Source: Octopus sinensis (Eukaryota). Taken from it: DNA of 64,000 nt. A model generated the notes under the pieces. It worked only from the letters and a program-made list of their open reading frames with translations. It ran no database searches and was not told the origin of the DNA. The DNA lies in NCBI RefSeq assembly GCF_006345805.1, contig NC_042999.1:102486001-102550000 (forward strand), read 5' to 3'. A program made the translations under genes and the position numbers. Position 1 is the stretch's first letter, and each line of letters opens with the position of its first letter. Shown here one piece after another: positions 1 through 11,619 of this stretch.

Positions 1-1610
1 ACTCGTCGCAAAACTCTTATTGGTATTAACACGAAGTCGTAGAAATAATCACAAAGCTCTCTATGGATGGTAGAGTAGGAATTCGTGTACAAAAGAACCC
101 AATCATTACATTTAAAGGCCGCAAACCTAACATCCATACTAACTGATTAACATTACTAATCGATCCGACTAATTTCTCCAACTAGATAAAGAAAGAAAAC
201 CTTAGACTGTATATCTAATAGGAAAAAAATCACACCTCATAGTTTATATACAAAAAACACCCTCCCCCAAAAAACCAAATGTGGTATTAAAATTGTTCAA
301 GATCATACAAAAGAAAGACAACTATACATTCACATTGCAAGTCTAGCAACTACTACACTTCTATTATCAAGAACCTTTTAGAAACGCTTTCCTACACTAA
401 CCAATTCTCTCTCATCTGCAATAAAACTGAAAACAACATCCTACACTCAATGGAAATATTACTCTTATTCAACAGCAACAATTTCAATAAAAAATAACTC
501 TAACGAACTCTTTAACATCAGCAGGAGAACGTTCGATTCCACTATAGTAAGGGATCTGGTCGGCTTAATTCTTTCCTACAAAATACACTCTAAATGAACC
601 CCAATCAACGGAGGCCTCTGCAGTAATGATGGCCTTTTGATCCTAAATACTAAAGAATTGCACAGGTTAAAGAAAGATATTTCCTTCCAAACATTTCTGC
701 TGTATCGTTATAGCAAACATTAATATTAAAACAATAGAGTCTCAGGAACGTCGATCTCAACACAAGCAACACATCATACTATACACACGTACTTAACTGA
801 ATCACTCACCCTTAATAATTACAAACCTTCCTCCAAATATTTCACTTAGACTCTCTGAACTCTCGTTCAGCGAAGCATCCTTCAACAACAACGCTCACTT
901 ATCACAGCGCTCTAAAATTAAGTGGCTTAAAAGAGAAGATAACAAATACCTCCAATTGCGACTAGATAAAAACTAAAATTGAGAAAGAAAATTCATTTAG
1001 TACCATCCTCCTGTTAACCTCCAAGTAATCATGTCCATCACCAGGTTCTTCCTTAAATTTGCCTGCAAACGCTGACAGCCCCCACAAAGGATCACTAGTG
1101 CTTCAACACAAGCATGCTAAAAGTCTCTCGTTTCCTCGACTCAGATCGCACCCAAGCCCTCTCAAACAACAATCATAGAAACTTAATACGCATCAAACTT
1201 GATCATAAGACCTTGCAACTGCGAAATTTATACAACTGTCCCCTTAGTAATAAATGCGAAAGCAAAGACAATCAATTCAACAAATATAACTGCATATTCT
1301 TCATAGCAAAAATACCACATTGGTCTTACTCCAAGCGAGTTCAAACTTCGTTATCTAGCAACTATATTCATTCAGGTATATCGAAAAACTATCGCTCATC
1401 AAGCTAACTAAATATGGAACCTCGGTTAACTGGAGTACGCTGGATAGTGCAATGGTATACAATTCAGCATCAAAATCCCGATCCTTATGTATTTCCGAAA
1501 AGAGAAATCCTCTTTAGCTTTCACAACATAAACAATCTCAAAACCAGACTAATTTCTTTATACAGCTAAAGAATCTCTTCTCCTTTTCGTTAAAAACTTC
1601 AAACATCCCA
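1..1610 (-). mobile_element. Old degenerate interspersed repeat, possibly the 3' part of a Tx1/L1-like LINE
   Basis: Non-microsatellite sequence, G/T-rich on the minus strand. Frameshifted minus-strand translation gives faint echoes of a Tx1 C-terminus (ET..F*HACVE near 1120; ..VVVARLAM* near 340). No intact ORF. Confidence 0.25.
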
Positions 1611-1684
<74 letters not shown>

Positions 1685-1685
<1 letters not shown>

Positions 1686-2954
1686 GAGGGGCGTTCAATA
1701 AGTAATGCCCCTGACCCACTTCCCATAGCAGTAGAGCAACGACACTTGGCACAGTTATTAGTCTTTTCCTACATAGGAACCACCCAGAGTTATGCATTTC
1801 TCCCATCGTTTGATACAGCTCTGGAGACCGTTTTTGTAGAAGACCCCAGCTTGGTCCTCCAACCACGACGTGACTTCAGAAATCAAGGCTGCATCATTTG
1901 GGAAACGCTTTCCTTTCAAAATCAACTTCATGGCTGGGAAGAGGTGAAAATCAGAGGGTGCAAGGGGAGGAGCTCATAGCTGCACGCCTGTGCTTCTGAT
2001 CTGGCGACACGCGAGTTGTGGACCGGAGCATTGTCCTGCAGGAGGAGGATGCCTTTGCTGATCTTGCCCCGCCTCTTGATTTTGATAGCTTCTCTTAATT
2101 TCCCCAAAAGTGAAGCATAATAGGCTCCTGTAATTGTGGTACCCTTTGCCAGGAAATCTGTCATCACTACTCCGTCCTGGTCCCAGAAGACTGTGAGCAT
2201 AACCTTGTCAGCGGAGGGCTGCACCCTTGCCTTCTTTGGAGGAGGTGAGTCACGGTGCTTTCACTGCATTGACTGGGCTTTGGTCTATGGATCATAGTGA
2301 TGGACCCAGGTTTTATCCTGTGTGATCAGTCTTTTGAAAAATTTTGACTCATCTTCTTGGCACATCTCCAAATTCATCCTCGAGCACTCAACGCGTTCTT
2401 GCTTCTAGAAAGGTGTGAGCAACCTGGAAATCCATCTGGCAGACACCTTTTGCATATGCAAATGGTCATGAATGATAGTTTCCACAGACCCGGTACTAAT
2501 CTTGACCTTATGGGCTATTTGGCGAATAGTTATGCGTTGACCTTCCAAAATGGCAGCCTCAACTTGACGGACAGACGTCTCATCAACGGCAGAAGGGGGC
2601 GACCAGATCTGGGAGCTGTTTCCACAGAGTTCCGACTATGTTTGAATTCACAATGCCAGCGTTTTACAAGGTCATATGATGGGGCATCATCACCATAAGT
2701 TACTTTCATTTCATCAAAAGTCTCCCGTGGTGTGCGTCCTTTCAAATACAAAAACCAGATCACTGCTCGACACTCAACAGGCCCCATTTCACACTTGACT
2801 CAGTTCAAACACCTGTAAATCAGAAACCACAATTAGTTCAGAGCTGTAATTCGCCACTTAATCTATAGAGGTATAAATAAGTGCACATGCAAAATTTCAG
2901 CTAGATCAAACAACTGCAAGTGGGTCAGGGGCATTACTTATTGAACGCCCCTCG
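1685..2954 (-). mobile_element. Near full-length mariner (Tc1/mariner, DD34D type) transposon, 1270 bp
   Basis: Perfect 37-bp TIRs (CGAGGGGCGTTCAATAAGTAATGCCCCTGACCCACTT at 1685-1721; reverse complement at 2918-2954). TA on both sides. Transposase remnants inside. Confidence 0.97.
1758..2787 (-). pseudogene. Mariner transposase pseudogene
   Basis: MGPVECRAVIWFLYLKG..PRSGRP, LITQDKTWVHHYDP, KVMLTVFWD, LLQDNAPVH. At least two in-frame stops, a frameshift near 2590, and loss of HPPYSPD near 1960. Confidence 0.95.
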
Positions 2955-3067
2955 TATATATATATGCATATACATACATGCAATACATATGCACGTGCGC
3001 ACACACACATACACACAAGCACACGCACGCACACAGCCACTCACATGCACACACACACATATCAAAC

Positions 3068-3628
3068 ACTCATAATTTTCTTTGGATAAAGTAACCTTCG
3101 TGGATGCGGTATAAGATTTTCATTCGAACCATGCCACAACCTGTAGTTCCTAACATTGTTGTGAAGAATCCATTTCCCATCTCAAAGTCATGATCAGTTT
3201 TGAAGATGGTGTTCTGCGGTTATTGTGCATGCGACGATTCTCAACAGTCAAACGTTTGTTGATTATTTACCGCTGGAAAAAAAAAAAGCATGGGAAATCC
3301 CTTTCAATCATTTTGAAACCTATCCTAGCTTCTTCATACGATTATCAAAGACTACAAATGCTAGCATTAAATTCAGTGGAAATCTATCTCCCCAGTACAG
3401 CAAGATTTCTTTGCAACTATTGCATTATCGAATTCGGAAGGAAGTACTGATCTAAATTCCTCAAGTAAGTTGAAATTGTCACACCTGAATTTTCCTTCTG
3501 TTAGTTCTTTCATTCACTGTATCTTGATCATAAGTCTTTTGAACATTTTTGTATGATTCGCTTGGATTAGATATTCGATGAAACTCATAAAGCATAATGG
3601 GACAAATATTATCTTTGCTTGGTTCCAT
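3068..3628 (-). pseudogene. Decayed mariner transposase fragment (different subfamily, MEPSKDN..IMLYEF type)
   Basis: Minus-strand translation across frameshifts: MEPSKDNICPIMLYEFH, YDQDTVNERT..KFR..NFNL, KKLG*VSK, DGKWILHNNVR..RLW..YPKKIM. No TIRs recognised. Confidence 0.8.
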
Positions 3629-4379
3629 GGTGAGTTCTTCATATAGAAAATTATATTAAAATACGGTTGTTGCTCTGCGGAAGCTATTCATGAAATGATT
3701 ATGCATCAGCGAATGCTACCAATATTTACTGTGTTGAGAAATAAAGATAGACAAACAACACGCCCCCCTCCCAAAAAACAACAACAAATAAATAAATAAA
3801 TAAACAGGTTTGAATAGGCTTAACTTCGTAATCTATACAGCCTGATATATACATACATACACACACACACACATATATATGTATATATATATATATATAT
3901 ATATGCATATTTGGGTACATGGACGTCACCAACAGTAAACAACATGAAATACGGAAACAAATGAGTTAAATACACAAACAACGAGAGAAAAAATGGAAAT
4001 CAATACACACACACACACACATAAACATATATACATATATATACATACATACATACATACACACATATATATACACACACATACAAGAACAGATGCATCT
4101 CACGCATACGCACACACATATGCAAGCACATATAGACACATACACACACACACACACACACGCATACACATGCTATTTATTATAAACTTTGTGCCTATAT
4201 ACACAAGTTTGTTGGCATTCATATAGCTTCTGTAATAAACTTCTTTGTGTGTGCGTATGCGCGTGTATTAGTGGGTGGATGTTTATTCTATCATTCCAGT
4301 TCGCCATTGCAGTGCCAATAATCAGTTGCTAGAATTCAATATATTTTCTCTCTCTCATTCTGTACATATCTATCTATCA

Positions 4380-4410
<31 letters not shown>

Positions 4411-4640
4411 CACCCATCCACATATTTATCTACGTATATGCAGATGTATGCATATATATATTTTTAATTCTATGCCGGTGACATTCCTGCTTGTGCATAT
4501 ATCCGTATACTTACCCGTATATTTGTTATATATTTGTATATATCTATACATATCCATAAGTGCCTATGCATCTATGTGTGTACATGTATATGTGCACTCG
4601 GTTATCCATACCTAAACTTATGTCCAGATCAACCCATATA

Positions 4641-5606
4641 TGAGGGGGTACTCAAAAGAAACCGGAAATTTGCAATGTTATTTTATTCACTTAGCTTTAC
4701 ATGTTTACACTTTTATCGTCTTCAAAGTACATTTGAAGCAATGCAACGGTCCAGACGCGTTGGCCACTGTTCGTAGCAGCGATGGAACTCTTGCGAAGTG
4801 ATGCCTTTTAACGCCTCCGTAGTTTTTTTTCTTCACCGGCTTCCGTTGCACCAGCTTTCATTACCAGTGATGACCTTCGAAAACAGGTCCCAATCAATTT
4901 CCTACTGTTCTTTCAGTTCACGACACGCATTCAGTCGCAACTGCTTTTGATCTTCTGTGAGCAAGCGAGGCACAAATTTTGCTGTAACTCTTTTCATTCG
5001 CAATTCCTCGCTCAAAATTCATTGGCAGGGGCTCCAAGATACATCAGTCATATCAACAAGTTCGTCAATTGAACACATTTAGGATACTCAGCCAAACACA
5101 GAAATATTATATGTACCCTGAATACAAAAAAGCAGGAGCCATCTGAAAGAAAATTGTTATAAATTGTGATCAGTTCATGAATTTCCATAATGTTTTCATT
5201 CGTTGGGGAGGTCGACGGTCGTCCTGAACGAGGCTGGTCTTCAAGCGACAAATGACCTATCCTAAAGCGTGAAAATCACTCGTAAACATGTGTTTTGCTC
5301 ATGGCAGCGTCCTTGTAAGCCGTTTGAAGCATGACAACTATTTTGGCCGCCGTTTCCCCAGCAGAAGACAGAATTTCAAGGAGGCCTGCTGTTCCTTCGT
5401 TTCAGCCATTGCAAAAATCAATGAACAGGGGAGAAGCATTGCAAAACAAAGACGAACCACGTGGCAGTACGACTCCGCTCAGTGACGCCGGTTGGCAGAC
5501 TGAATGCCTGAGGGTTCGCATCAAGTGGCTTCTAGCGGCAGAAGCCCGAAGAACAACGGGCTTGTCCCACAGAGAACGTTTCCGGTTACTTTTGGGTACA
5601 TCCTCG
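4641..5606 (-). mobile_element. Internally deleted mariner element, 966 bp
   Basis: Imperfect 28-bp TIRs (TGAGGGGGTACTCAAAAGAAACCGGAAA vs CGAGGATGTACCCAAAAGTAACCGGAAA), TA flanks. ATG at 5409: MAETKEQQASLKFC..SLEDQPRSGRPS..KFVPRLLTEDQK..ITGNESW is joined directly to VKKKTTEALKGI..RLDRCIAS, so the catalytic core is deleted. Confidence 0.92.
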
Positions 5607-5708
5607 TACATCTGAAAGGTGTCAACATTTCTATATACCAATTATACATGCTTATCCCTTTATTTGTGTGTACCTAAATATGTTCACAACTCTATGCACA
5701 TACAAATA

Positions 5709-5892
5709 GGCGCAGGAGTGGCTGTGTGGTAAGAAGTTTGCTTCCGAATCACATGCTACCCGGTGCAGTCCCACTGCTTGAAACCTTGAGCAGATATCTT
5801 TTCCTGCTATAGCCTCAGGCTGATCACAGGCTTGTGAGTGGATTTGTTTGACTTTAGCGGAAAGCCCGTCGTGTGTGCCTGTGTGTGCATGC

Positions 5893-5944
<52 letters not shown>

Positions 5945-6280
5945 ATAAGTAACACATGATAACAGACAACAAAGTAACACACGGAAAAAGGTCACACAGA
6001 AGACGTGGACATGCTCATCCTTCATCAGTTATCGACCAAAAATCATCACAGTTTCACACCATGTATGAGTATGTGTGTGTTAGTGTTGTCCCCCCACCAC
6101 TTCTTCACAACCAGTGTTGGCGTGTTTACGGCCCCATAACTTAGCGGTTCAAAAAAGAGACTGATAAAATAAGTACCAGGTTTAAAAAATAAAACAAAAA
6201 TTAAGCATTAGAGTTGACTAAGATTTTTCAAGGCGGTGCCCCAACATGGCCGCAGTCTCATGACTGAATCAAGTAAAAAG
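5709..6280 (+). mobile_element. tRNA-headed SINE, family A, interrupted by (TA)n and a Penelope-like remnant
   Basis: GGCGCAGGAGTGGCTGTGTGG head, CAGTCCCACTG, CCTTGAGCAG core-like motif. The body resumes at about 6075 and ends in CAAGTAAAAAG. Same family as 31330, 38672 and 43577. Confidence 0.8.
5950..6062 (-). mobile_element. Penelope-like terminal remnant with a broken hammerhead-like motif
   Basis: Minus strand reads AACTGATGAAGGATGAGCATGTCCACGTC: a CUGAUGA core and stem, with the GAA of GAAAC missing. Confidence 0.5.
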
Positions 6281-6469
6281 TAACAGAAAGATGGTCTGAA
6301 CATGAGCCTGTGTGTATGTCTGTGCCAACATGTCTATATGGGTATGGATATCCATCTTCTTGTACGCGCGCGCGTAATGTATATTTCCACTCATTCAAAT
6401 ATATTTATAAGCATATCTGTATGTACTACTACATATTCCTGAATGTACTACTTTATCTTACATATTTAT

Positions 6470-6536
6470 GTATCTAGCTATGTATGTATGTATGTATGTA
6501 TGTATGTATGTATGTATGTATGTTTCTATCTATCTA

Positions 6537-6609
<73 letters not shown>

Positions 6610-6820
6610 GTTCGTGTGTGTGTGTTAGAATACATATACACAAATATTCATAGACATAAGATATTTATAGACACAGGTATCTAAACATTCTACATTCATC
6701 CATAAGATATTTATAGATACAGATTGTCCGTCCGTCCGTCCGTCCGTCCGTCCGTCCGTCCGTCCGTCCGTCCGTCCATCCATCCATCCATCATCCATCC
6801 ATCCATCCATCCATCCATCT
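6470..6820. repeat. Compound microsatellites (TATG)n/(TATC)n and (GTCC)n/(ATCC)n
   Basis: Directly visible tetranucleotide arrays. Confidence 0.95.
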
Positions 6821-6831
6821 CAACATACATA

Positions 6832-7786
6832 CGAGGGGTGTTCATTGAAGATTTTCTCCTGACCCAGTTCTCAAGGACTGGGATAAACGAAACTTGGCAT
6901 AATTATTAGTTCTCCTCTACATAGCCACTACCAATAGTGATACACTTCTGTCACTTTATGCAGCTGTGAAGACTTCGTCTTCATCATCATCATCACCCGA
7001 AAAGTGCTTCTACTTAAAAAAAAGACTTCATTGTTGGAAAGAGGTGGAGTAAGGGGGATGAGGAAGGATTTCTTAGCCGCAGAAGTGTGCTGTCATCTGG
7101 GCAACATGCGCATAGTGAACTGGGGCGTTGTCTTAGAGGAGGCGGACTCCTTTGGTCAGCATGCTACGCCTCTCTACTCTGATGGCGTCCCGCAATTTCT
7201 GAAACAAAGAAGCATAATATGTCCCGTGTATTGTGGTGCCCGTTGCCAGAAAATTCATCATCACTACTCCACGCTGGTCCCAAAAGATTGAGCATCACCT
7301 TGCCTGCTGAGGGTTGGACACAAGCCTTCTTTGGAGGTGGTGAGTTATCATGCTTCCATTTACTTCGTCTGAACTTTAGTCTCAGGATCATAGTGATGGA
7401 CCCATGTTTCATCCTGTGTGATGAATCAGCCGAAATAGTCCTCCTCGTTTTCTTAGCTCATTGCCAAAAGAGCCTGGGTGTAATTGACTCGTTCCTGCTC
7501 GAGCATCTGGAAAATCCATCGTGCAGACAACTTCCGCATGTGAAAATAGTCGTGAATGATTTTTTCCCACGGACCCTACATTTTTCTTCATTTCTTGGGC
7601 TAGTTACCGAATATTTATGCAGCGACCTTCAAAATTAGCGGCTTTCACTTTATGGATGGTGTCGTCATCAATGGCGGAATGTGGTCGTCCAGTTTCCACC
7701 AATGTCTGACCACATTTGAACTGGCGATACCAGTGCTTGACTACGTCGTATCATGTTGCATCGTCACCATAAACTTCTTTCATCTG
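6832..7786 (-). mobile_element. 5'-truncated mariner, relative of the 1685-2954 element
   Basis: One TIR (TA-CGAGGGGTGTTCATTGAAG..CCTGACCCAGTT at 6832). Transposase pieces MKEVYGDDAT, KKACVQPSAGKVML, VRLL*DNAPVH, ILPHPPYS, with PDLAPSDF deleted. Other end lost at the junction with the CRE fragment. Confidence 0.92.
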
Positions 7787-7789
7787 ATC

Positions 7790-8050
7790 GATGAAAGCCG
7801 AGAAGGGCAAATTGTCGAAGTATAGGCCACTCCCTGACAAATTTGTAGGCGAGCCTGTGACAGTAGAGACGTCCAGCGTTCTTGACCTACAGGCTAAAGC
7901 CCTGCTCACTGCTATCGGGGCAGAGATGGCTATTTGCAAGAGCGAGCTCCGTGAGTCGGAGTGGCTGTTGCAGCACGTCTCTCTCGCCATCCTCCTGGGC
8001 AACGCCGTTTCTATTTTGTCCACCGGGACCCTGAGACGGACAGACAAATC
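7790..8050 (+). mobile_element. 3' end of a CRE-clade non-LTR retrotransposon (restriction-like endonuclease C-terminus)
   Basis: Stop-free AEKGKLSKY..L..KF...PVTVETS.V...AKALL..IG..MA....E.RESEWLLQHVSLAILLGNAVSILST matches the CRE C-terminal signature (AE..K..KY / P.AVET.G / FL.QR.S.AIQRGNA). GC-rich against its flanks. Confidence 0.75.
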
Positions 8051-8183
8051 TCTTTATACTCATACGTACATATACCTTAAGTAGCTCTGTTTATGTATCT
8101 GTATCTACATCTATGCATATGATAGTTTGTGCATATGTATTCACACACATAGACGCACACATACTCGTACGCACTCGCACGCA

Positions 8184-8229
<46 letters not shown>

Positions 8230-9305
8230 CTTTTCCATGTTTGATCTCTCAGCTACTCTGTTGCAGCCGAGCCATGCTCCCTGCCAACCGCTTTCCTCTT
8301 CCTTGCCCCGCAGTCTAAAGTTATCTGCTTAAAAAACATTTAAAATCCAAATTACAATTTGCCTTTACAAAACAACTAAATATTATTCTTCTATACATAA
8401 AAAAACAGTTGTTCATGCATCAATGCTTATCTATCACTTTCACCGTAATTCAAAGCCAGTTCAATTAACATTCCCTTACATCCATTCAAAAAGAAATAGA
8501 AAAAAATCCCGACATTTTAACTTCTCCCACACATTCTATTTATATGCTTTTTAAAAATTAATTACAAAACCAAACGCCCAATTTTAGAATACCACACCCA
8601 CCTGCCAGGTCACACCTACACACGTCCATGCGGAAATCACCACTTTCGAATATTTACAAATATAAAATAAAAATGAGTTGTGCAGCGTATTGATGCACAT
8701 TTCACACCCATCAATACTTTTCAACCAAATAAAGACACCCATATTTTGAGGATTTCCGCCGATGGGATGAAACTACTAGACAATGCAAGGATATTCAACT
8801 GTTATCGTATAAATTGAGTTCTCTTTCGTTAGGAAGCCGAATATGTAACCTTCTATGTATCATATTTAACTTATATACGTCGCTTTCAACCGGCAAGGTA
8901 CTTCGTCTTTTTCGCTCGAGATTAAATGTCTTATGTGTTGTGTTAAAAGTATTGGAGGAAGACGAAAAATCATGCCGACAGCGGCTTGCAAGAACGTTAG
9001 ATGTATTTCGGCGTTGTTGAGCCTTGTCAGTAATTGCAGCTACATACCTAGACGAACGCCTCCGATATGTAGGAAATCGAATAATACCTTCACTGATATT
9101 GTGAATAGCCGCCGGGCTTGATAAAATCCTGGTGTACGCAATTAAATCAGTATTAAATCAATTGAAGTAGTATTAAATCAAATAGTCGTCTATATATATC
9201 ATGCACCGTCGACAGGCAAGATACTGCGGATTTCGTCCGAGAGGCGACTAATTTCCTAATTTCGTCAAGGCATGTGACTGCGAATATACATCATTGTGAT
9301 ATATT

Positions 9306-9786
9306 CTTTTATTCTTCGTTTCAGTCATTTGACTACGGCCATGCTGGAACACCGCCTTAAAAGTTTTTGTTTTTTAGTCGAACAAATGGACCCCAGGACT
9401 TATTCTATGTAAGCCTAGTACTTATTCTATCGGTCCATTTTGCCGAACCGCTAAGTTACGGGGGCGTAAACACACCAACATCGGTTATCAAGCAATGGTG
9501 GGAGGACAAACATAGACACACTTATACACACACACACACTTATACACACACACACACACACACTTATACACACACATACACACACACTTATACACACACA
9601 CACACACACACACACATCTGTACACGACGGGTTTCTTTCAGTTTCCGCCTACCAAATCCACTCGCAAGGCTTTGATCGGCCTGAGGCTATAGGAGAATAC
9701 AGTTGCCCATGGTGCCACGCAGTGGGACTGAACCCGAAGCGTTGTAGTTGGGAAGCAAGCTTCTTATCACGCAGCGACGCCTGCGA
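9306..9786 (-). mobile_element. SINE family A, full length, CpG-rich copy
   Basis: Reverse complement of the family A head, core and tail, with an internal (CA)n. Confidence 0.88.
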
Positions 9787-9789
9787 ATG

Positions 9790-9837
<48 letters not shown>

Positions 9838-9923
9838 GGAAAAATTTTTTAAAAATGCAGAATGCTCAAATGAAAGAAAATTTTAATAAAATGAGAAATT
9901 GATAAAATATATAAATATATATT

Positions 9924-9964
9924 TATTCAACCGGTTTTCGTCATTGTATGACTTGTCAAGAATA
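9924..9964 (-). ncRNA. Minimal type I hammerhead ribozyme-like motif (U3-A8 variant)
   Basis: Reverse complement of the 10286-10326 motif. Confidence 0.55.
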
Positions 9965-10285
9965 TTTATGTTTTAAAAAAGTTTTTTTAAAAATTAGAAA
10001 GGGGAAAAAAAGAAAATTGCATTGTTTTTTGTAAAAGAATAATGATAAAAATGTACAAAAATTAAAAAATAAGTTCTCCGATACATTGTGAGTTCGTTGT
10101 GTATCTTGAGTTTTATGGTTGTTCACGAAAAAATTACCTAGAGGTGTTAAGATCCAAAGGGATTAAGAGCATGTGTTGTGTTGTTTAATTCAGCATGTTT
10201 TTATCATTATTCTTTTACAAAAAACAATGCAATTTTCTTTTTTTCCCCTTTCTAATTTTTAAAAAAACTTTTTTTAAAACATAAA

Positions 10286-10326
10286 TATTCTTGACAAGTC
10301 ATACAATGACGAAAACCGGTTGAATA
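10286..10326 (+). ncRNA. Minimal type I hammerhead ribozyme-like motif (U3-A8 variant)
   Basis: TATTC-TTGACAA-GTCA(TACAA)TGAC-GAA-A(ACCGG)T-T-GAATA: helix I TATTC/GAATA, core UUGACAA, helix II with G10.1-C11.1, GAAA, palindromic AACCGGTT, and a GUU triplet. Confidence 0.6.
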
Positions 10327-10463
10327 AATATATATTTATATATTTTATCAATTTCTCATTTTATTAAAATTTTCTTTCATTTGAGCATTCTGCATTTAAA
10401 AAAAAAATTTTCCTTACTTATCATTTCTCCACGTGCGGTCAACACAACCCCACCATTTATTGA

Positions 10464-10523
<60 letters not shown>

Positions 10524-10618
10524 ATATATAGGAAAAATTTTTTAAAAAAATGCAGAATGCTCAAATGAAAGAAAATTTTAATAAAATGAGAAATTGATAA
10601 AATATATAAATATATATT

Positions 10619-10659
10619 TATTCAACCGGTTTTCGTCATTGTATGACTTGTCAAGAATA
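10619..10659 (-). ncRNA. Minimal type I hammerhead ribozyme-like motif (U3-A8 variant)
   Basis: Identical copy 695 nt from 9924-9964. Confidence 0.55.
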
Positions 10660-10980
10660 TTTATGTTTTAAAAAAGTTTTTTTAAAAATTAGAAAGGGGA
10701 AAAAAAGAAAATTGCATTGTTTTTTGTAAAAGAATAATGATAAAAATGTACAAAAATTAAAAAATAAGTTCTCCGATACATTGTGAGTTCGTTGTGTATC
10801 TTGAGTTTTATGGTTGTTCACGAAAAAATTACCTAGAGGTGTTAAGATCCAAAGGGATTAAGAGCATGTGTTGTGTTGTTTAATTCAGCATGTTTTTATC
10901 ATTATTCTTTTACAAAAAACAATGCAATTTTCTTTTTTTCCCCTTTCTAATTTTTAAAAAAACTTTTTTTAAAACATAAA

Positions 10981-11021
10981 TATTCTTGACAAGTCATACA
11001 ATGACGAAAACCGGTTGAATA
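10981..11021 (+). ncRNA. Minimal type I hammerhead ribozyme-like motif (U3-A8 variant)
   Basis: Identical copy 695 nt from 10286-10326. Confidence 0.6.
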
Positions 11022-11158
11022 AATATATATTTATATATTTTATCAATTTCTCATTTTATTAAAATTTTCTTTCATTTGAGCATTCTGCATTTAAAAAAAA
11101 AATTTTCCTTACTTATCATTTCTCCACGTGCGGTCAACACAACCCCACCATTTATTGA

Positions 11159-11223
<65 letters not shown>

Positions 11224-11619
11224 GTGTGTGTGTGTATGTATGTGTGTGTGCGCGCGCGTGTGTGTACATATATTACATTAATGTTTACATTGTGATATGG
11301 ACACCTGTCACGTTTATACAAGCTCACAGTCGACAGTAAGAAAAGGACCGCCTGGTTGACGCTGTTTTAGCTATTGCTAAGGTTTCATGAATTTAATCGA
11401 TCATTCTACATTTTACTTCTTCAGCAAAATCGTACTTATGACTATTGTTGTTACGTTTACAACTAAATCAGTGAGAGTAATTTCTAGATTCTACATTCTC
11501 GGCTGTTCTGCTTCGCAAGTTAGGACGTGCCAGTAGTGATTCTTTTCCATAACAAATTGTAGGCCTGTCGCCAGACTTTGGTACCTGGGGTCCTTCAGAA
11601 TATTCTGGGTAGACACTAA

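Larger units (their letters stand above)
9835..11160. repeat. Tandem duplication (period 695 nt) of a fold-back unit, probably Penelope-derived inverted terminal repeats
   Basis: Unit 1: arm about 9835-10051, spacer 10052-10197, inverted arm 10198-10416, tail to 10465. Then (TA)n. Unit 2 spans 10530-11160 and is near-identical. Arms are complementary except for homopolymer length differences. Confidence 0.93.
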
